Assembly (NCBI GenBank): GCA_965222225.1
Contig: CBDCTK010000002.1
Coordinates: 4,192,001 to 4,256,000 of the forward strand
Direction of reading: 5' to 3'
Source: Candidatus Poribacteria bacterium
GTDB lineage: Bacteria > Poribacteria > WGA-4E > JAJDTR01
DNA length: 64,000 bases
In this document: positions 19,401-29,544 of the stretch, one piece after another
How positions within the stretch are numbered: position 1 is the first letter of the stretch
Layout of the letters: the number at the start of each line of letters is the position of its first letter
Made by a program: the position numbers and the translations under genes
The notes under the pieces: model-generated
Told to the model about the DNA's origin: nothing
What the model saw: the letters and a program-made list of their open reading frames with translations, nothing else
Database searches by the model: none

Positions 19401-22247
19401 ATGCGAACGGAAGATGGTCATATCATTCAAAAATGCCTTGATGGAGACGCCGCCGCATTTGGCTTGCTCGTAGACAAGTACAAAGGTAGTGTGTACGGAT
19501 TGGCTTACGCCAAGCTCGGCGATTTTCACGACGCGCAAGACATGACCCAGGAAGTATTTCTCAAAGCGTATCAGAAACTTCGTACGCTGAAACGGTGGGA
19601 CAAGTTTCTGTCATGGCTTTATGCCATCACTTCCAATTCGTGCAAAGATTTCTTGCGCTCCAAGGCGAGCCGTCCCGATGGAGAGTACGTTACCGACCAA
19701 GAAAAAGAGCGCTTGGACAAGATTTCAATCAACTCTCATCACGAGGACAAACTCCATCAAACGCTCCGGGAAGCCTTGTCCGAATTGCCCGAGATACATC
19801 GGCAAGTCTTGTCCCTTCACTATTTGGGAGGATTGAGTTGCAGAGAGATTGCGCAGTTTCTCGGAATCTCTCCCCATGCGATTGCCATGCGACTCAGCCG
19901 CGCCCGCGCTAAATTGAGGAAGGAGATGTTGACGATGATGCATTCTAGTTTTGACGGACAGAAACTTCATTCCGCTTTCACGCTAAACATCGTTGAGATA
20001 ATTCGACGAACGCAAATCCAACCGAATCCGCAAGTACCCGTCATTCCCATAGGGATTGCCGTAGTCAGCCTACTGACGCTATCAATGTTGTACCTATTCG
20101 TCTCCATCGATCAATTTCCGGCAATTGGTAAACTAGTCGGAGCGCCTATCTTAAGCGAAACCAGAATCGCGGAGGTCGGCGAGATTCCAGTGGATGTGGT
20201 TATGCTTTCAAAGTCGTCGGTTGTTTCGAGTGGCGATGGGAAGAGGGATTTGGAAAGGAATTCACGACAAACGAATGATGTGCAGGCTCTGAATACCCAG
20301 ACCGATGTAGAATCAAGTAGCCTCAATGAACCGATGGCACGTCTCGGCAACGTTACAGTTCGCGAAATAGCCTATTCCCCGGATGGTAGCCTGATTGCCA
20401 TCGCGGGCGCAATTGGAATCTGGTTCTATGATGCCGAATCACTCGTGGAAGTCGGGAGGATAGCACAAGGCGCGAGATATATCGCTTTCAGTCCCAACGG
20501 ACGAATTTTGGCGTCAGGACATTGGTCAGACCGGACTGTTCATCTATGGGATGTAAAGACACGAGAACCGGTTGGACGTTTGGTGTGCGCAGATGATTGG
20601 GGAGCGACCGCCTTAACGTTTGCCCTTGACGGCAAAACCTTGGCTGTAGGCTACGCACATGGAGATGCGAATGGAGTTATTGGTTTGTGGAATATCGGTA
20701 CACAACAACAAACCGCGCGGCTGAACACGCCTGCACGTTACTTGTGGGCTTTAGCCTTCAGTCCTGACGGGCAGTTGTTGGCTTCGGGAGGGCATAAAAA
20801 TGCCGGCATCAGTTTGTGGAACGTGCGGTCACATGCACTCGTGGCGACATTTGAAGGACATAATGAGAAACCCTACAATCATGAAGTTTCGACGGTAGCT
20901 TTTAGTCCAGACGGAGAGACTTTGGCTTCGGGGAGCGCCTTCGATAACACAGTTCGACTTTGGGAGGTAGCGACTGGGAGGCTAGTCGCAAAGTTGTCAA
21001 AGAGTAATCCAAATCAAGAATATCAAGGTGTTAACTCTGTCGCCTTTAACCGGGACGGCACCCTCCTGACATCGTCTGGAGATGACGGTAAAATCCTACT
21101 GTGGGACACTCAAACGTTGAAGCAGATTGGAGTGTTAGAGACAGATGCCGGCAGCGTGTCTTCCATCGCGTTTCGTCCGGATGGAAAAACACTTGTGTCG
21201 CTGAATGGCGGGGATGCAGAATCCGCAAGGCACAAAGGTGGAGACATGACTCTCTGCCTATGGAATGTGAAGACACACGAGCAGATTGCCGCAATGCGGC
21301 ACCATAATGCTGAGATCGAATCAGCGGCACTCAGTCCGGACGGAATGCTGCTCGCGTCAGGGCGTCAAGATGGTGTTGTTGCGCTTTGGGATATGCGCAC
21401 TGAGAAGCTGTCCGCAGCCTTGGGGGGTCACATCGCAACGGTGAAGTCCGTGGCATTCAGTTCCGATGGGACGCTACTGGCTTCAGGCGAGAGAGAGCAC
21501 GCGCGACTGTGGGATGTCCACAAGGGACAGCTGATCGCAGTTTTCAAGCACAGAGCGATCGTGGAATCGGTTGCGTTTAGCCCAAATGGGAAAATTCTTG
21601 CCTGTGTCGATGACACCTGCATACGACTCTGGGACACGAAACGGCAGAAAAGAATCGCAGTGTTGGGGAAACAGCCTCCACGCGAAATTACCACTTTTTG
21701 GGACAGATTGTATGCAAGATTCATAAGCATAGAACCTTTCAGGGACTATCCTGACCCATACGTGAGCACCATACAGTCGGTGGCATTCAGTCCGGACGGA
21801 AAATTGCTGGCTTCAGGAGGGTTTGACAATAAAGTACGCGTGTGGAACGTAGCGAAACGACGGGAAATCTTCACACGAGAACTGGACGAATATAGCGACA
21901 TATATGCTGTTGCATTCAGCCCTGACGGGAAGACGGTGGCTTCGGCCGGAATTCACAGAAAAATCCATTTATGGCACCCGGCGGAACGGAAGTTAATCGG
22001 GACGTTGAACACACAGGGATGGTGCAAAGCACTCGCTTTCAGTCCGGACGGTCGTTTTCTCGCCGCCGGGGCCGAGGCGAAGGTCGGTGTGTGGGATATG
22101 GCAGCACACGCGCAGGTGATGACCCTTGAAGGATGCCAGAGGATAGTTAATTCAGTCACGTTCAGTCGTGACGGTAAAACGCTCGTGGCAAGTAGTGAGG
22201 ACGGTACCATCCGAGTTTGGGATACTAGCGGACTCGGCGGCGATTAG
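19401..22247 (+). CDS. ECF sigma factor fused to a TM helix and WD40 beta-propeller repeats
   Basis: Sigma regions 2 and 4 in the first ~175 aa, hydrophobic segment at about aa 210-235, many AFSPDG..WD repeats. Confidence 0.92.
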   Translation: MRTEDGHIIQKCLDGDAAAFGLLVDKYKGSVYGLAYAKLGDFHDAQDMTQEVFLKAYQKLRTLKRWDKFLSWLYAITSNSCKDFLRSKASRPDGEYVTDQEKERLDKISINSHHEDKLHQTLREALSELPEIHRQVLSLHYLGGLSCREIAQFLGISPHAIAMRLSRARAKLRKEMLTMMHSSFDGQKLHSAFTLNIVEIIRRTQIQPNPQVPVIPIGIAVVSLLTLSMLYLFVSIDQFPAIGKLVGAPILSETRIAEVGEIPVDVVMLSKSSVVSSGDGKRDLERNSRQTNDVQALNTQTDVESSSLNEPMARLGNVTVREIAYSPDGSLIAIAGAIGIWFYDAESLVEVGRIAQGARYIAFSPNGRILASGHWSDRTVHLWDVKTREPVGRLVCADDWGATALTFALDGKTLAVGYAHGDANGVIGLWNIGTQQQTARLNTPARYLWALAFSPDGQLLASGGHKNAGISLWNVRSHALVATFEGHNEKPYNHEVSTVAFSPDGETLASGSAFDNTVRLWEVATGRLVAKLSKSNPNQEYQGVNSVAFNRDGTLLTSSGDDGKILLWDTQTLKQIGVLETDAGSVSSIAFRPDGKTLVSLNGGDAESARHKGGDMTLCLWNVKTHEQIAAMRHHNAEIESAALSPDGMLLASGRQDGVVALWDMRTEKLSAALGGHIATVKSVAFSSDGTLLASGEREHARLWDVHKGQLIAVFKHRAIVESVAFSPNGKILACVDDTCIRLWDTKRQKRIAVLGKQPPREITTFWDRLYARFISIEPFRDYPDPYVSTIQSVAFSPDGKLLASGGFDNKVRVWNVAKRREIFTRELDEYSDIYAVAFSPDGKTVASAGIHRKIHLWHPAERKLIGTLNTQGWCKALAFSPDGRFLAAGAEAKVGVWDMAAHAQVMTLEGCQRIVNSVTFSRDGKTLVASSEDGTIRVWDTSGLGGD

Positions 22248-22336
22248 CGTATTTTTTTACAGACGGTTGCGCTTTAATGCCTAATTTTCAGGCTCGAATT
22301 GGTGGGGGATTTCGATCGTAGTCATTATCCATTCCT

Positions 22337-25300
22337 TTAATCGGTGCCCACCCTACAATTACGCAGCCAGTTTAAACCCAGCGCCGCGCTGCAGACAATC
22401 TTTGGCAGGTCGGCATTCTGGGTCTCCTGTTGCCTCGTATTCCGCACATGCATGTTGTGTTGGCGGTAGAGATGGCTCAAGTTCCTGAGCTGCGCGGTTC
22501 CCGTCACCCCGTTTCGGCGCAGCAGATTAAGTTCTCGGTTGAGGGCGTCCGAAATCGAGCCGCGGAAGGATTCCTCCATCTCCTTGATGCCCTCTCGAAC
22601 GTCTTCGTCGCGTTCCTCCTTAAAGATGAACTGCAATTCCCGAAGCACATAGCGTTGCGCCTGCGTCAACGAAAGTCTATGCCGCCGTTCGGTTTGGCGA
22701 TGTCTGATTTCTTGAGCGAATATCCGCTTGACCCGCATGACGGTCTCGTTGTAATCGGGAGGCAGCCTGCCACCCGGGAGGTCGGGAGTGCACTTGATGG
22801 TGTTGAGGATTCGGGTGATATCTCTCGAGATAATCTCGCCCGCCTCGTCCAAAAGGAAGAGTTGCTGAAATCGACCGGCTTGACAAAACAGATAGACGCC
22901 TCTTGAACTTTTCGGCATGGCGGCGCGGATTCCGTCTCGAAGATTCGCGATTCGTTCAAATTCCTCCGGATCGTCTCGGCGCAACTGCCTCAGCATTTCT
23001 TCCGCCTCGTTAAGGTCCATCAACTCTTCATCGTCATCGAACAGACTCAACTGATCGCCTTTTTGTTCATAGATGGCGTACATCGCATCTGGGTTGAGTT
23101 GCTCGGATTTGTCAAGGATAGCGGCATCCTCGCCTATGGTGTCGTGTATGTCCTGAATGCGGAAGCGCAGTTTCTCTCGCAGCCCCAAATTCCGTTCAAT
23201 GCCGGTTTCCGGGAGAAAGTTAAATCCATAGATTTCATCGTGTTCGCTACCGATACGGTCAATTCGCCCGAATCGCTGGATAAGCCGCACGGGATTCCAG
23301 TGGAGATCGTAGTTGATGATTTTGTTCCCATCCTGTAGGTTTAATCCTTCCGCCAGAACATCGGTCGCGATGAGCATGGACAGCTCCGATTCGCCGCGTT
23401 GGAATCGGTATTCCGGATTGGCTTTCGGCGCGAACCGTCCCACCGCCCGTTCCTTGCTTTTATCTCCGCTAAAGATGACATCAATATCGTCTCGCTCGGT
23501 ATTGGGGTTGAGATTTTCAAACAGATAACGCGCCGTGTCCGCATATTGCGTGAAGATTAGGCGTTTCCCGTCGCGAAGAGGAGACTCGCTTAAGCGGTCT
23601 TTGAGCGTTTGAAGTTTGGCGTCTTGGTCGGGCGTAATCGGATTAACTAGTCCCAAAATCTCACTCAAGAGTTTTATGTCGTTTCCGAGGTGTTCTTGGA
23701 GCAGATTGACATTGAAGTCGGCAATCTCGTATCGTCCCGAAGCCTTCCTTAACTCCTCCATGAGTTCCTGTTCTTCCACGGCGGATGGCTCGTAAAGTAG
23801 CGCCTGAGCCGCGTCACCCGCCGGGACAATTCCGTTTTCGAGTGCCTCCGCGAAGAGTCGGTGTAGGTTGAGCAGTCTGTGAATCGTTTGCCTAAAGGCG
23901 TACACGCTTGACTCAAAACGTTTGAATAGAAGCACTCGCATCAGGCCTCGAAGGTTTGCGCCCGAACTCTGTAAGTTGATATAGGGTTCCTGCTTCTGTT
24001 TAGACTCAACCACGTAGTTCCACAGTCCGTAACGCGCGTAGGTAAGCTCGCCTACCGCGATTGAAGTTGAATCTCCGCGGCGCGGTTTACCCAAGTAGCC
24101 GCGCAACTCATGATAGAGCCCCTGATAGGTGTCCTCGATGCTGTAGGATACGGTTTCCAAAATACGCTTGGGAAAGAATTGCTTGTTTCCGCCGACGAGG
24201 ACGTAAGCCTTCCGATTGCCGTTTAGGTACTGCTGAAATCTGGACGGATCAACGGGTTGTTCGGTCTGAGCATCGAAACCGTACCATCGCAAGATGTGAT
24301 TTCGTGTGCGTCGGATAAGGATGTTGCTCAGTATATCGGGCAGATTCCGCTCACCCTTCTCAATTTTGCGGAAATACTCTCGTATATCGGGCGGGTCTAT
24401 TGGCAGATCGGAGATGTCGTTGGGGTGGAAGAGCTTAATTTGATGGAACACATCCCACGCGCTCTTGTTGCGCGGGGTTGCGGTGAGGAAACAGCAGCGC
24501 CGCCCGGTCCCCAAGAACGACTGGACGACCTTATAGCGTTGTGTATCGGAATGGCGAAAGTTGTGGCTTTCGTCAATGAGCACAAAATCGCGGTCGCGGT
24601 ACATGACATCATCGAGTATCGAGGAGGGTATTCCATCTATGTCCTCACCGACTCGCTCATGCAACTTTCCCATGGAAAGCACGCGGGCGTTGAGGTGATA
24701 GACCTCATTGTAGCGTTCCCACATGTCGACCAGCGGAGCCGGGCAAATAATCAACGGACGCGCATTCTCCGTCCATTCAAAGTGCTTGATGATGGCGGCG
24801 CCGACGTAGCTCTTTCCGAGACCGACGACATCCGAAACAAAGACGCCGCCGTTGTCGCGAATAATCTGCACCGCTTGTCGGACGGCGACCTTTTGGAAGT
24901 CCGCCAACTGTCTGGTAAGGTCATCCGCCCAGAGTAGCTCCCGATCATCCCCGCCTTCCAGTCGGTCTTTGACTAATTCGTAGAGCGTTTTCATGTAAAT
25001 GTCGTAGGGCTTGACGAGTGCGAATCCCCAGGAGGCCTTCATCGCCTCCATCAGGGACTCGTCAAAGTCTTGCGAGTCGTCCCAGAGTTCGTCGAACCAG
25101 CGACCCAGTTCGGCGTGGTTGGCGTTTCCCTGCACGACAACATTAAGCTCGCTGTTGTGATTCAGACCGGACAACGTGAGGTTGGACGACCCGACAATGG
25201 CGGCGCCCTTCTCGTATCGTCCATCTTCGCGATAGTCGAAGATGTAGGCTTTGGCGTGTAGCCGTCCTTTGGTATAGACGCGCACTAAAAGGCGCTTCTC

Positions 25301-25687
25301 GGCGATCATCCGGACTAGCGACTTTATCAGGACTTCGGCTTGGTCAGTCTGATCCATGAATTCAACGGATTCGCTGATGTTTTCCGCGGTGTCTTCCGCC
25401 ATCTGCCGGAGATTCGCCCGTTTGGGGTAAACTTGGGCTTCGGCAATTTCCGCAACCTGTTCCAACCTTTGATGCCCCTCGGCAAGCTGCTCCAGCGTCT
25501 CCAGATTCGTGGTGTTGCCGATCAACAGACGGAGTTCTTTTACACCCTTGAGTTCTTCGGCAATACTCTGGAAACCGGAGAGGAAAAAGTATCCGACTGC
25601 GAACCTCGCCCTCTCGGTTGAGTCAAGAATGAGGCTGATGTGATCGACTAATTTTTCGCTGCGGTTGTCGATGATGTCGTGTGGCAT
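22337..25687 (-). CDS. PLD-nuclease/SNF2-type helicase fusion (restriction-associated)
   Basis: LHAKAY..GSSNL (PLD), DVVGLGKS (Walker A), DESH, LTATP, QRFGRIDR. Confidence 0.9.
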   Translation of the reverse strand: MPHDIIDNRSEKLVDHISLILDSTERARFAVGYFFLSGFQSIAEELKGVKELRLLIGNTTNLETLEQLAEGHQRLEQVAEIAEAQVYPKRANLRQMAEDTAENISESVEFMDQTDQAEVLIKSLVRMIAEKRLLVRVYTKGRLHAKAYIFDYREDGRYEKGAAIVGSSNLTLSGLNHNSELNVVVQGNANHAELGRWFDELWDDSQDFDESLMEAMKASWGFALVKPYDIYMKTLYELVKDRLEGGDDRELLWADDLTRQLADFQKVAVRQAVQIIRDNGGVFVSDVVGLGKSYVGAAIIKHFEWTENARPLIICPAPLVDMWERYNEVYHLNARVLSMGKLHERVGEDIDGIPSSILDDVMYRDRDFVLIDESHNFRHSDTQRYKVVQSFLGTGRRCCFLTATPRNKSAWDVFHQIKLFHPNDISDLPIDPPDIREYFRKIEKGERNLPDILSNILIRRTRNHILRWYGFDAQTEQPVDPSRFQQYLNGNRKAYVLVGGNKQFFPKRILETVSYSIEDTYQGLYHELRGYLGKPRRGDSTSIAVGELTYARYGLWNYVVESKQKQEPYINLQSSGANLRGLMRVLLFKRFESSVYAFRQTIHRLLNLHRLFAEALENGIVPAGDAAQALLYEPSAVEEQELMEELRKASGRYEIADFNVNLLQEHLGNDIKLLSEILGLVNPITPDQDAKLQTLKDRLSESPLRDGKRLIFTQYADTARYLFENLNPNTERDDIDVIFSGDKSKERAVGRFAPKANPEYRFQRGESELSMLIATDVLAEGLNLQDGNKIINYDLHWNPVRLIQRFGRIDRIGSEHDEIYGFNFLPETGIERNLGLREKLRFRIQDIHDTIGEDAAILDKSEQLNPDAMYAIYEQKGDQLSLFDDDEELMDLNEAEEMLRQLRRDDPEEFERIANLRDGIRAAMPKSSRGVYLFCQAGRFQQLFLLDEAGEIISRDITRILNTIKCTPDLPGGRLPPDYNETVMRVKRIFAQEIRHRQTERRHRLSLTQAQRYVLRELQFIFKEERDEDVREGIKEMEESFRGSISDALNRELNLLRRNGVTGTAQLRNLSHLYRQHNMHVRNTRQQETQNADLPKIVCSAALGLNWLRNCRVGTD

Positions 25688-25702
25688 TTGCTTTCAAGTA
25701 CC

Positions 25703-26311
25703 TCACAGGTTGCCCAAAGTTGTCCATGCTTCATCATAGTTTTCTAGGATTTCCTCACCTTGCCAAGAGTTGTAAATAGCTCGTCCGATTTCCTCAAGCA
25801 TAGATTCATCGTACCACCCGCCTATGTTTGCATGTTCTCGCGCTATAGCAATGAAGTCCTCACGGGAGTGCGGCTTATCCTTGTATTTTTTCGGTGTCTT
25901 GACACCCGCCAATTTCTGTTCTAAAACCTGATAAACTTGCTCAACGGTCATGGAGCGCAAATCAAGATATCCGACTGTCATTAGGAACCCGGGAATCTCT
26001 GTATCGTCAAGACAGACGGGTAGAATATACTCTCGGTATTTCTCGACAAAAGCTCTTGCCCGGGCACTCTCGCGTTCATGCTTTGGCAACCACTTGCGGT
26101 CATAGTGTTCGGACAGGAACATCACGCAGTAATGCGCTTGATTTTGATAAACCGATGACAATTCATCATAGAGATTCTTCCCTTGGAGGTTAGGTTTCTC
26201 ATATTCGTCGTAAAAGACCCGGTAACCTCCCGATTTTAGAAGCCGAGCTAATTCTTTGGCGTGGAGGCGATCTTCTCCAGCAAAGGAAAGGGCGACATCG
26301 TACTTTTCCAT
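25703..26311 (-). CDS. TIR_2 domain protein
   Basis: YDVALSFAGEDR..VFYD..MFLS.HY..K.....E..ILPV. Confidence 0.88.
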   Translation of the reverse strand: MEKYDVALSFAGEDRLHAKELARLLKSGGYRVFYDEYEKPNLQGKNLYDELSSVYQNQAHYCVMFLSEHYDRKWLPKHERESARARAFVEKYREYILPVCLDDTEIPGFLMTVGYLDLRSMTVEQVYQVLEQKLAGVKTPKKYKDKPHSREDFIAIAREHANIGGWYDESMLEEIGRAIYNSWQGEEILENYDEAWTTLGNL

Positions 26312-26611
26312 CTTGTGTGCTCCTTCAACGAAACTTGAATACTGACCGCTGTAAGACTAGAGGTGAATGGTTCAATCTTACATCGCCGCTTGTTATGGTC
26401 GATTTCATTTTCGGCAACTGTTTAGTCTAACGGTTTTTCGAATGATGCGAGGAATCGCTTATGATTTTAGCGCGTATTGTTAAACGTATGTCAACCTTAT
26501 TTTTGCAAAGACATTCCCAGCGCTATTATCTACTTTACAAGTTATCGTAGGTATGCACATTCCGCTCCTCTGGAGCGGGAGAGACAGACACTCCTAGGCT
26601 ACAGACATGGA

Positions 26612-26646
26612 CAATCTCTATCGCACTCGTTATTCACTCGCTTGAT
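26612..26646 (+). repeat. 35-bp micro-element copy (5' end degenerate)
   Basis: CAATCTCTATCGCACTCGTTATTCACTCGCTTGAT. Confidence 0.8.
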
Positions 26647-26696
26647 CCCCGCTGGGGCTTTGGTGCACGGGGTTTTGGCGTTTCTATACACCTTCG

Positions 26697-26731
26697 GGAT
26701 CTCTATCGCACTCGCTATTCGCTCCCTTGAT
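26697..26731 (+). repeat. 35-bp micro-element copy
   Basis: GGATCTCTATCGCACTCGCTATTCGCTCCCTTGAT at a G|C junction. Confidence 0.85.
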
Positions 26732-26800
26732 CCCACGCTGGGGCTTTTAGAGGCTGGTGCGCAGTGCGCACCCTACAAATGTACTTTTCAAACAGGTTCT
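26732..26800 (+). repeat. Composite repeat (REP palindrome GGTGCGCAGTGCGCACC-CTAC plus IS5-like end), also at 33092-33195
   Basis: Near-identical to 33092-33195 apart from the 35-bp insertion there. Confidence 0.85.
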
Positions 26801-26842
26801 TAAAGTATCCTCAACCGCAAGAATCACGCTGTTCAAGCTCAT
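26800..26842 (-). pseudogene. 5' stub of the AAA partner gene (DUF4276-like), truncated by an IS5-like end
   Basis: MSLNSVILAVEDTL, ATGA-coupled to the ATPase stop, then runs into AGAACCTGTTTGAAAA. Confidence 0.6.
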
Positions 26843-27993
26843 GAGAGTGAACTCAGTTGATTGGGATGTTCGGGTTTGGTTCTCGAAAGCACGACTTCTG
26901 CCACCGTTAACCCTTCCTCAAGAAGCGGCTTGACATCGGCAATATCGGAGGCTATCTCGACTGCCGTTCCCTCTTTTGCAGGGGTGCGCAGGAGAACTTC
27001 CCTGCCATCGATCCCTTGATCAGTCAACAATGCGTCGCTATGAGTACTCACGAACACCTGTCGTCGCCGTCTTCGTTGCATCTTCGAAATCAGGGCGGCG
27101 AGTTGCGATACAATGCCGGCGTTCAAGGAAAGTTCGGGCTCCTCCAGTAGGAGGACGGACTCACTTTCAAGAAGCGTCCAAAGTAGCCCCAGAAGACGAA
27201 GTGTGCCGTCAGAAAACTGATCTTCGCGTTGCCAGCCCGCATTTGGACGCCAGTGGGAGTAAAGCGCCTGCAGGTGAGGACGGCCGGTAGATTCGTCACG
27301 GATGAATTCCAACTGCTCAAGCTGAGGCACGGCAAATTTGAGCGCTTGCTCAATAGTTTTTAAGCGTGACCGACGCGTTTTTGGCGTGATGCCCGCAACC
27401 CTCTCAAGAAATCCCTGCCCAAACGGGTCATCCTCAATGGCTCTTCCCTGAATCGAATTAGCAAACCGCAAGAGTTGAGGTACTAAATGAAGGTAAGTCA
27501 CCGTTTGGAGGAAACGCGCGATTTCGCGAAAATCGGCGATGACATTGATCTGCTCAAGAAAGGTCTGCGTCAGTCGATCACGATCGGCTTCATCTTCTTC
27601 GGTTGGCCTAGCTAGGAGTTGCGCGCCGTTTTTCCACACGCACTCATGCGTGAGATAGGTGTGGCGGTGACCTCGTGGTTCTTGTCGAAATCCTAACGAG
27701 TATCGCCAAGTTGCGGAAGTGTCCGCATCGTCTGCAAGATGAATCTCAATCGTAATTTCCGGATCTCTCCGCGCCGCTAGATTTCGGATTTTGGAGAGGC
27801 CGCCCCGGTCCTTGACGGCTTTTTGAAAACCTCCGCCTTCAGACTTTACGACATCTCGGAGAAAACGGAAAATGTCAAGAAGATTCGATTTCCCGGACGC
27901 ATTTGCGCCGACGATGAATTGACGTTCGCTGAGGTGAACATCAATCTCCCGAAAATTTCTCCAGTTCTTGGCGACGAGACGATTAATAATCAT
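26839..27993 (-). CDS. AAA_21/SMC-like ATPase
   Basis: GANASGKSN, FSDGTLR, LLLEEPE, STHS. Confidence 0.9.
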   Translation of the reverse strand: MIINRLVAKNWRNFREIDVHLSERQFIVGANASGKSNLLDIFRFLRDVVKSEGGGFQKAVKDRGGLSKIRNLAARRDPEITIEIHLADDADTSATWRYSLGFRQEPRGHRHTYLTHECVWKNGAQLLARPTEEDEADRDRLTQTFLEQINVIADFREIARFLQTVTYLHLVPQLLRFANSIQGRAIEDDPFGQGFLERVAGITPKTRRSRLKTIEQALKFAVPQLEQLEFIRDESTGRPHLQALYSHWRPNAGWQREDQFSDGTLRLLGLLWTLLESESVLLLEEPELSLNAGIVSQLAALISKMQRRRRRQVFVSTHSDALLTDQGIDGREVLLRTPAKEGTAVEIASDIADVKPLLEEGLTVAEVVLSRTKPEHPNQLSSLS

Positions 27994-28051
27994 GGCGTCT
28001 CCTTAAGTTTTTCTGATTGTCTTCGTGTGCTAAAATCATTTACCTCAGACG

Positions 28052-28251
28052 CTATATTCGTGTAGATTTCTTTGCTGCTTTGATCACTTTGATGAGGTAC
28101 TCAATGTCTCCAAGAGTGACATACGGCGGTTGCTGCATTGCCTTGATAAGGCGTTGAGCACTCGCATTTTTTCGGTCGGTAGTGGCGCCGATTTATCCTC
28201 AGGTTGTTCGATTAGCATTGTGGCTTGCTGCTGCAATTCCGCTTTTCGCAC
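28052..28251 (-). pseudogene. Chimeric or frameshifted antitoxin-like remnant
   Basis: GGAGG RBS plus VRKAELQQQATMLIEQ, similar to MRKTELKQRAIMLIEQ of 28834; then frame change. Confidence 0.45.
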
Positions 28252-28347
28252 GGTATCGTTCCTCCGTTTGCCAAATCCGAGGGAGAAGTGGTCTGTTTTA
28301 CGATGCTAAATGCGTAATTCCCATGGTATTGGCTTTTCCCGTTCAGA

Positions 28348-28623
28348 CTAGGAGCGATAGGCTCTGCCACGCTGATAGATGGTTCTAATAATGCACTCCC
28401 GGTTCATTGTGTCTACACTGTAGACAATCCGATAACTTCCGACGCGGTATCGGTATTGTCCACGATACTTGCCCTTCAATTTGACGATGTTTGGTCCGAA
28501 CAGTGGATTCTGGGCTAACAGAGCAATCGCCCGATTTACTCGGCGCTTCATATTGGTATCAAGCGCGTTATAGTGTTTCTCCGCCTCGGCGGTGAATAGC
28601 ACATTAAATATCGCTTTCAACAT
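28348..28623 (-). CDS. RelE/ParE family toxin
   Basis: KLKG....YRYRVGSYRIVY. Confidence 0.88.
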   Translation of the reverse strand: MLKAIFNVLFTAEAEKHYNALDTNMKRRVNRAIALLAQNPLFGPNIVKLKGKYRGQYRYRVGSYRIVYSVDTMNRECIIRTIYQRGRAYRS

Positions 28624-28834
28624 CAGCCCAACGCTTTAGCCTGCCCGCCTTGACATCCGTTTCCGCACGTTTCAGACTCTCGGCAACTTCCGGGTCACTC
28701 ATTAACTCGTGAGTTGCTTCCCATGCTTCTTTATCTTGAAGATATGCCAGATAGTCATGCGCTATTTTCAGTTTGTCAGCGGAAAGTTGCTCAATTAACA
28801 TTATCGCACGTTGCTTTAACTCGGTTTTGCGCAT
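28604..28834 (-). CDS. Cognate antitoxin
   Basis: EATHELMSDP..ESLKRAETDVKAGR; overlaps the toxin start. Confidence 0.8.
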   Translation of the reverse strand: MRKTELKQRAIMLIEQLSADKLKIAHDYLAYLQDKEAWEATHELMSDPEVAESLKRAETDVKAGRLKRWADVESDI

Positions 28835-28883
28835 ACATTTCTCCTTCCGTTTTCTGTGCACTTTGTCTGAATCGCGGATTCAG

Positions 28884-28918
28884 GGATCTCTATCGCACTC
28901 GTTATCCACTCGCTTGAT
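28884..28918 (+). repeat. 35-bp micro-element copy inside a TTGTCTGAATCGCGGATT.. repeat
   Basis: GGATCTCTATCGCACTCGTTATCCACTCGCTTGAT at a G|C junction. Confidence 0.85.
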
Positions 28919-29060
28919 CGGATTAAGGGATTACGCGGATTGAGTTTGCCTGAAGCGCCGATACGCCTTATCAGTTCGCTTAAACTGCGAAGCAGGGCTA
29001 ATTCTCCGTGTAAATTATAGCATACCTTGCGCGGTTAAGGCGGCCGCGGGGTTGTTTGAT

Positions 29061-29310
29061 TCACGCCGCTATTTTAGCCATGCTGTCTAGCGCCTCTGCT
29101 ACATCACGTACCGCAAGAAGGAACGCTTCTATGTCCTCGTCTTTCTCATAATCTTCAAGCGCAACGGAAAGGTATATCTTTGCGTCCTCCGGATCGCGTA
29201 GTTGTTCAATATGAAAGCCTTTGAAGCGTCTATAATTGCTCATTTTCTAACTCCCTAGCAGCTCTGATCGCCCGAACCAAACTGCAACCGAAGCTCAAAA
29301 CCCCGACTCG
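29061..29310 (-). pseudogene. Decayed addiction module (HI1420-like antidote lacking its HTH; HI1419-like killer remnant)
   Basis: YLSVALE..FLLAVRDVAEA then early stop; upstream fragment GFELRLQFGSG. Confidence 0.6.
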
Positions 29311-29413
29311 TGGGTTCGCATCATCACATATTGTCACATATTGTCACAAATTTTCGGGAGAATGTCGCGATTCGGAGATCGCTCCTACAGAACTAGGGAT
29401 CGGAGCGTGTTGC

Positions 29414-29449
29414 CTGCATCGCGGAATGGCGGGGATTCCATCCTTGATT
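29414..29449 (+). repeat. 36-bp direct repeat, copy 1 (copy 2 at 30799-30834)
   Basis: CTGCATCGCGGAATGGCGGGGATTCCATCCTTGATT; 3 mismatches to copy 2. Confidence 0.8.
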
Positions 29450-29544
29450 TGATTAAAGGATTACGCGGATTGAATTCGTTTGAGATGGATAGACCTAGAC
29501 AGCATACCGTCATTTTTCATCTGACTCGGTGAGATACTTCCTCT

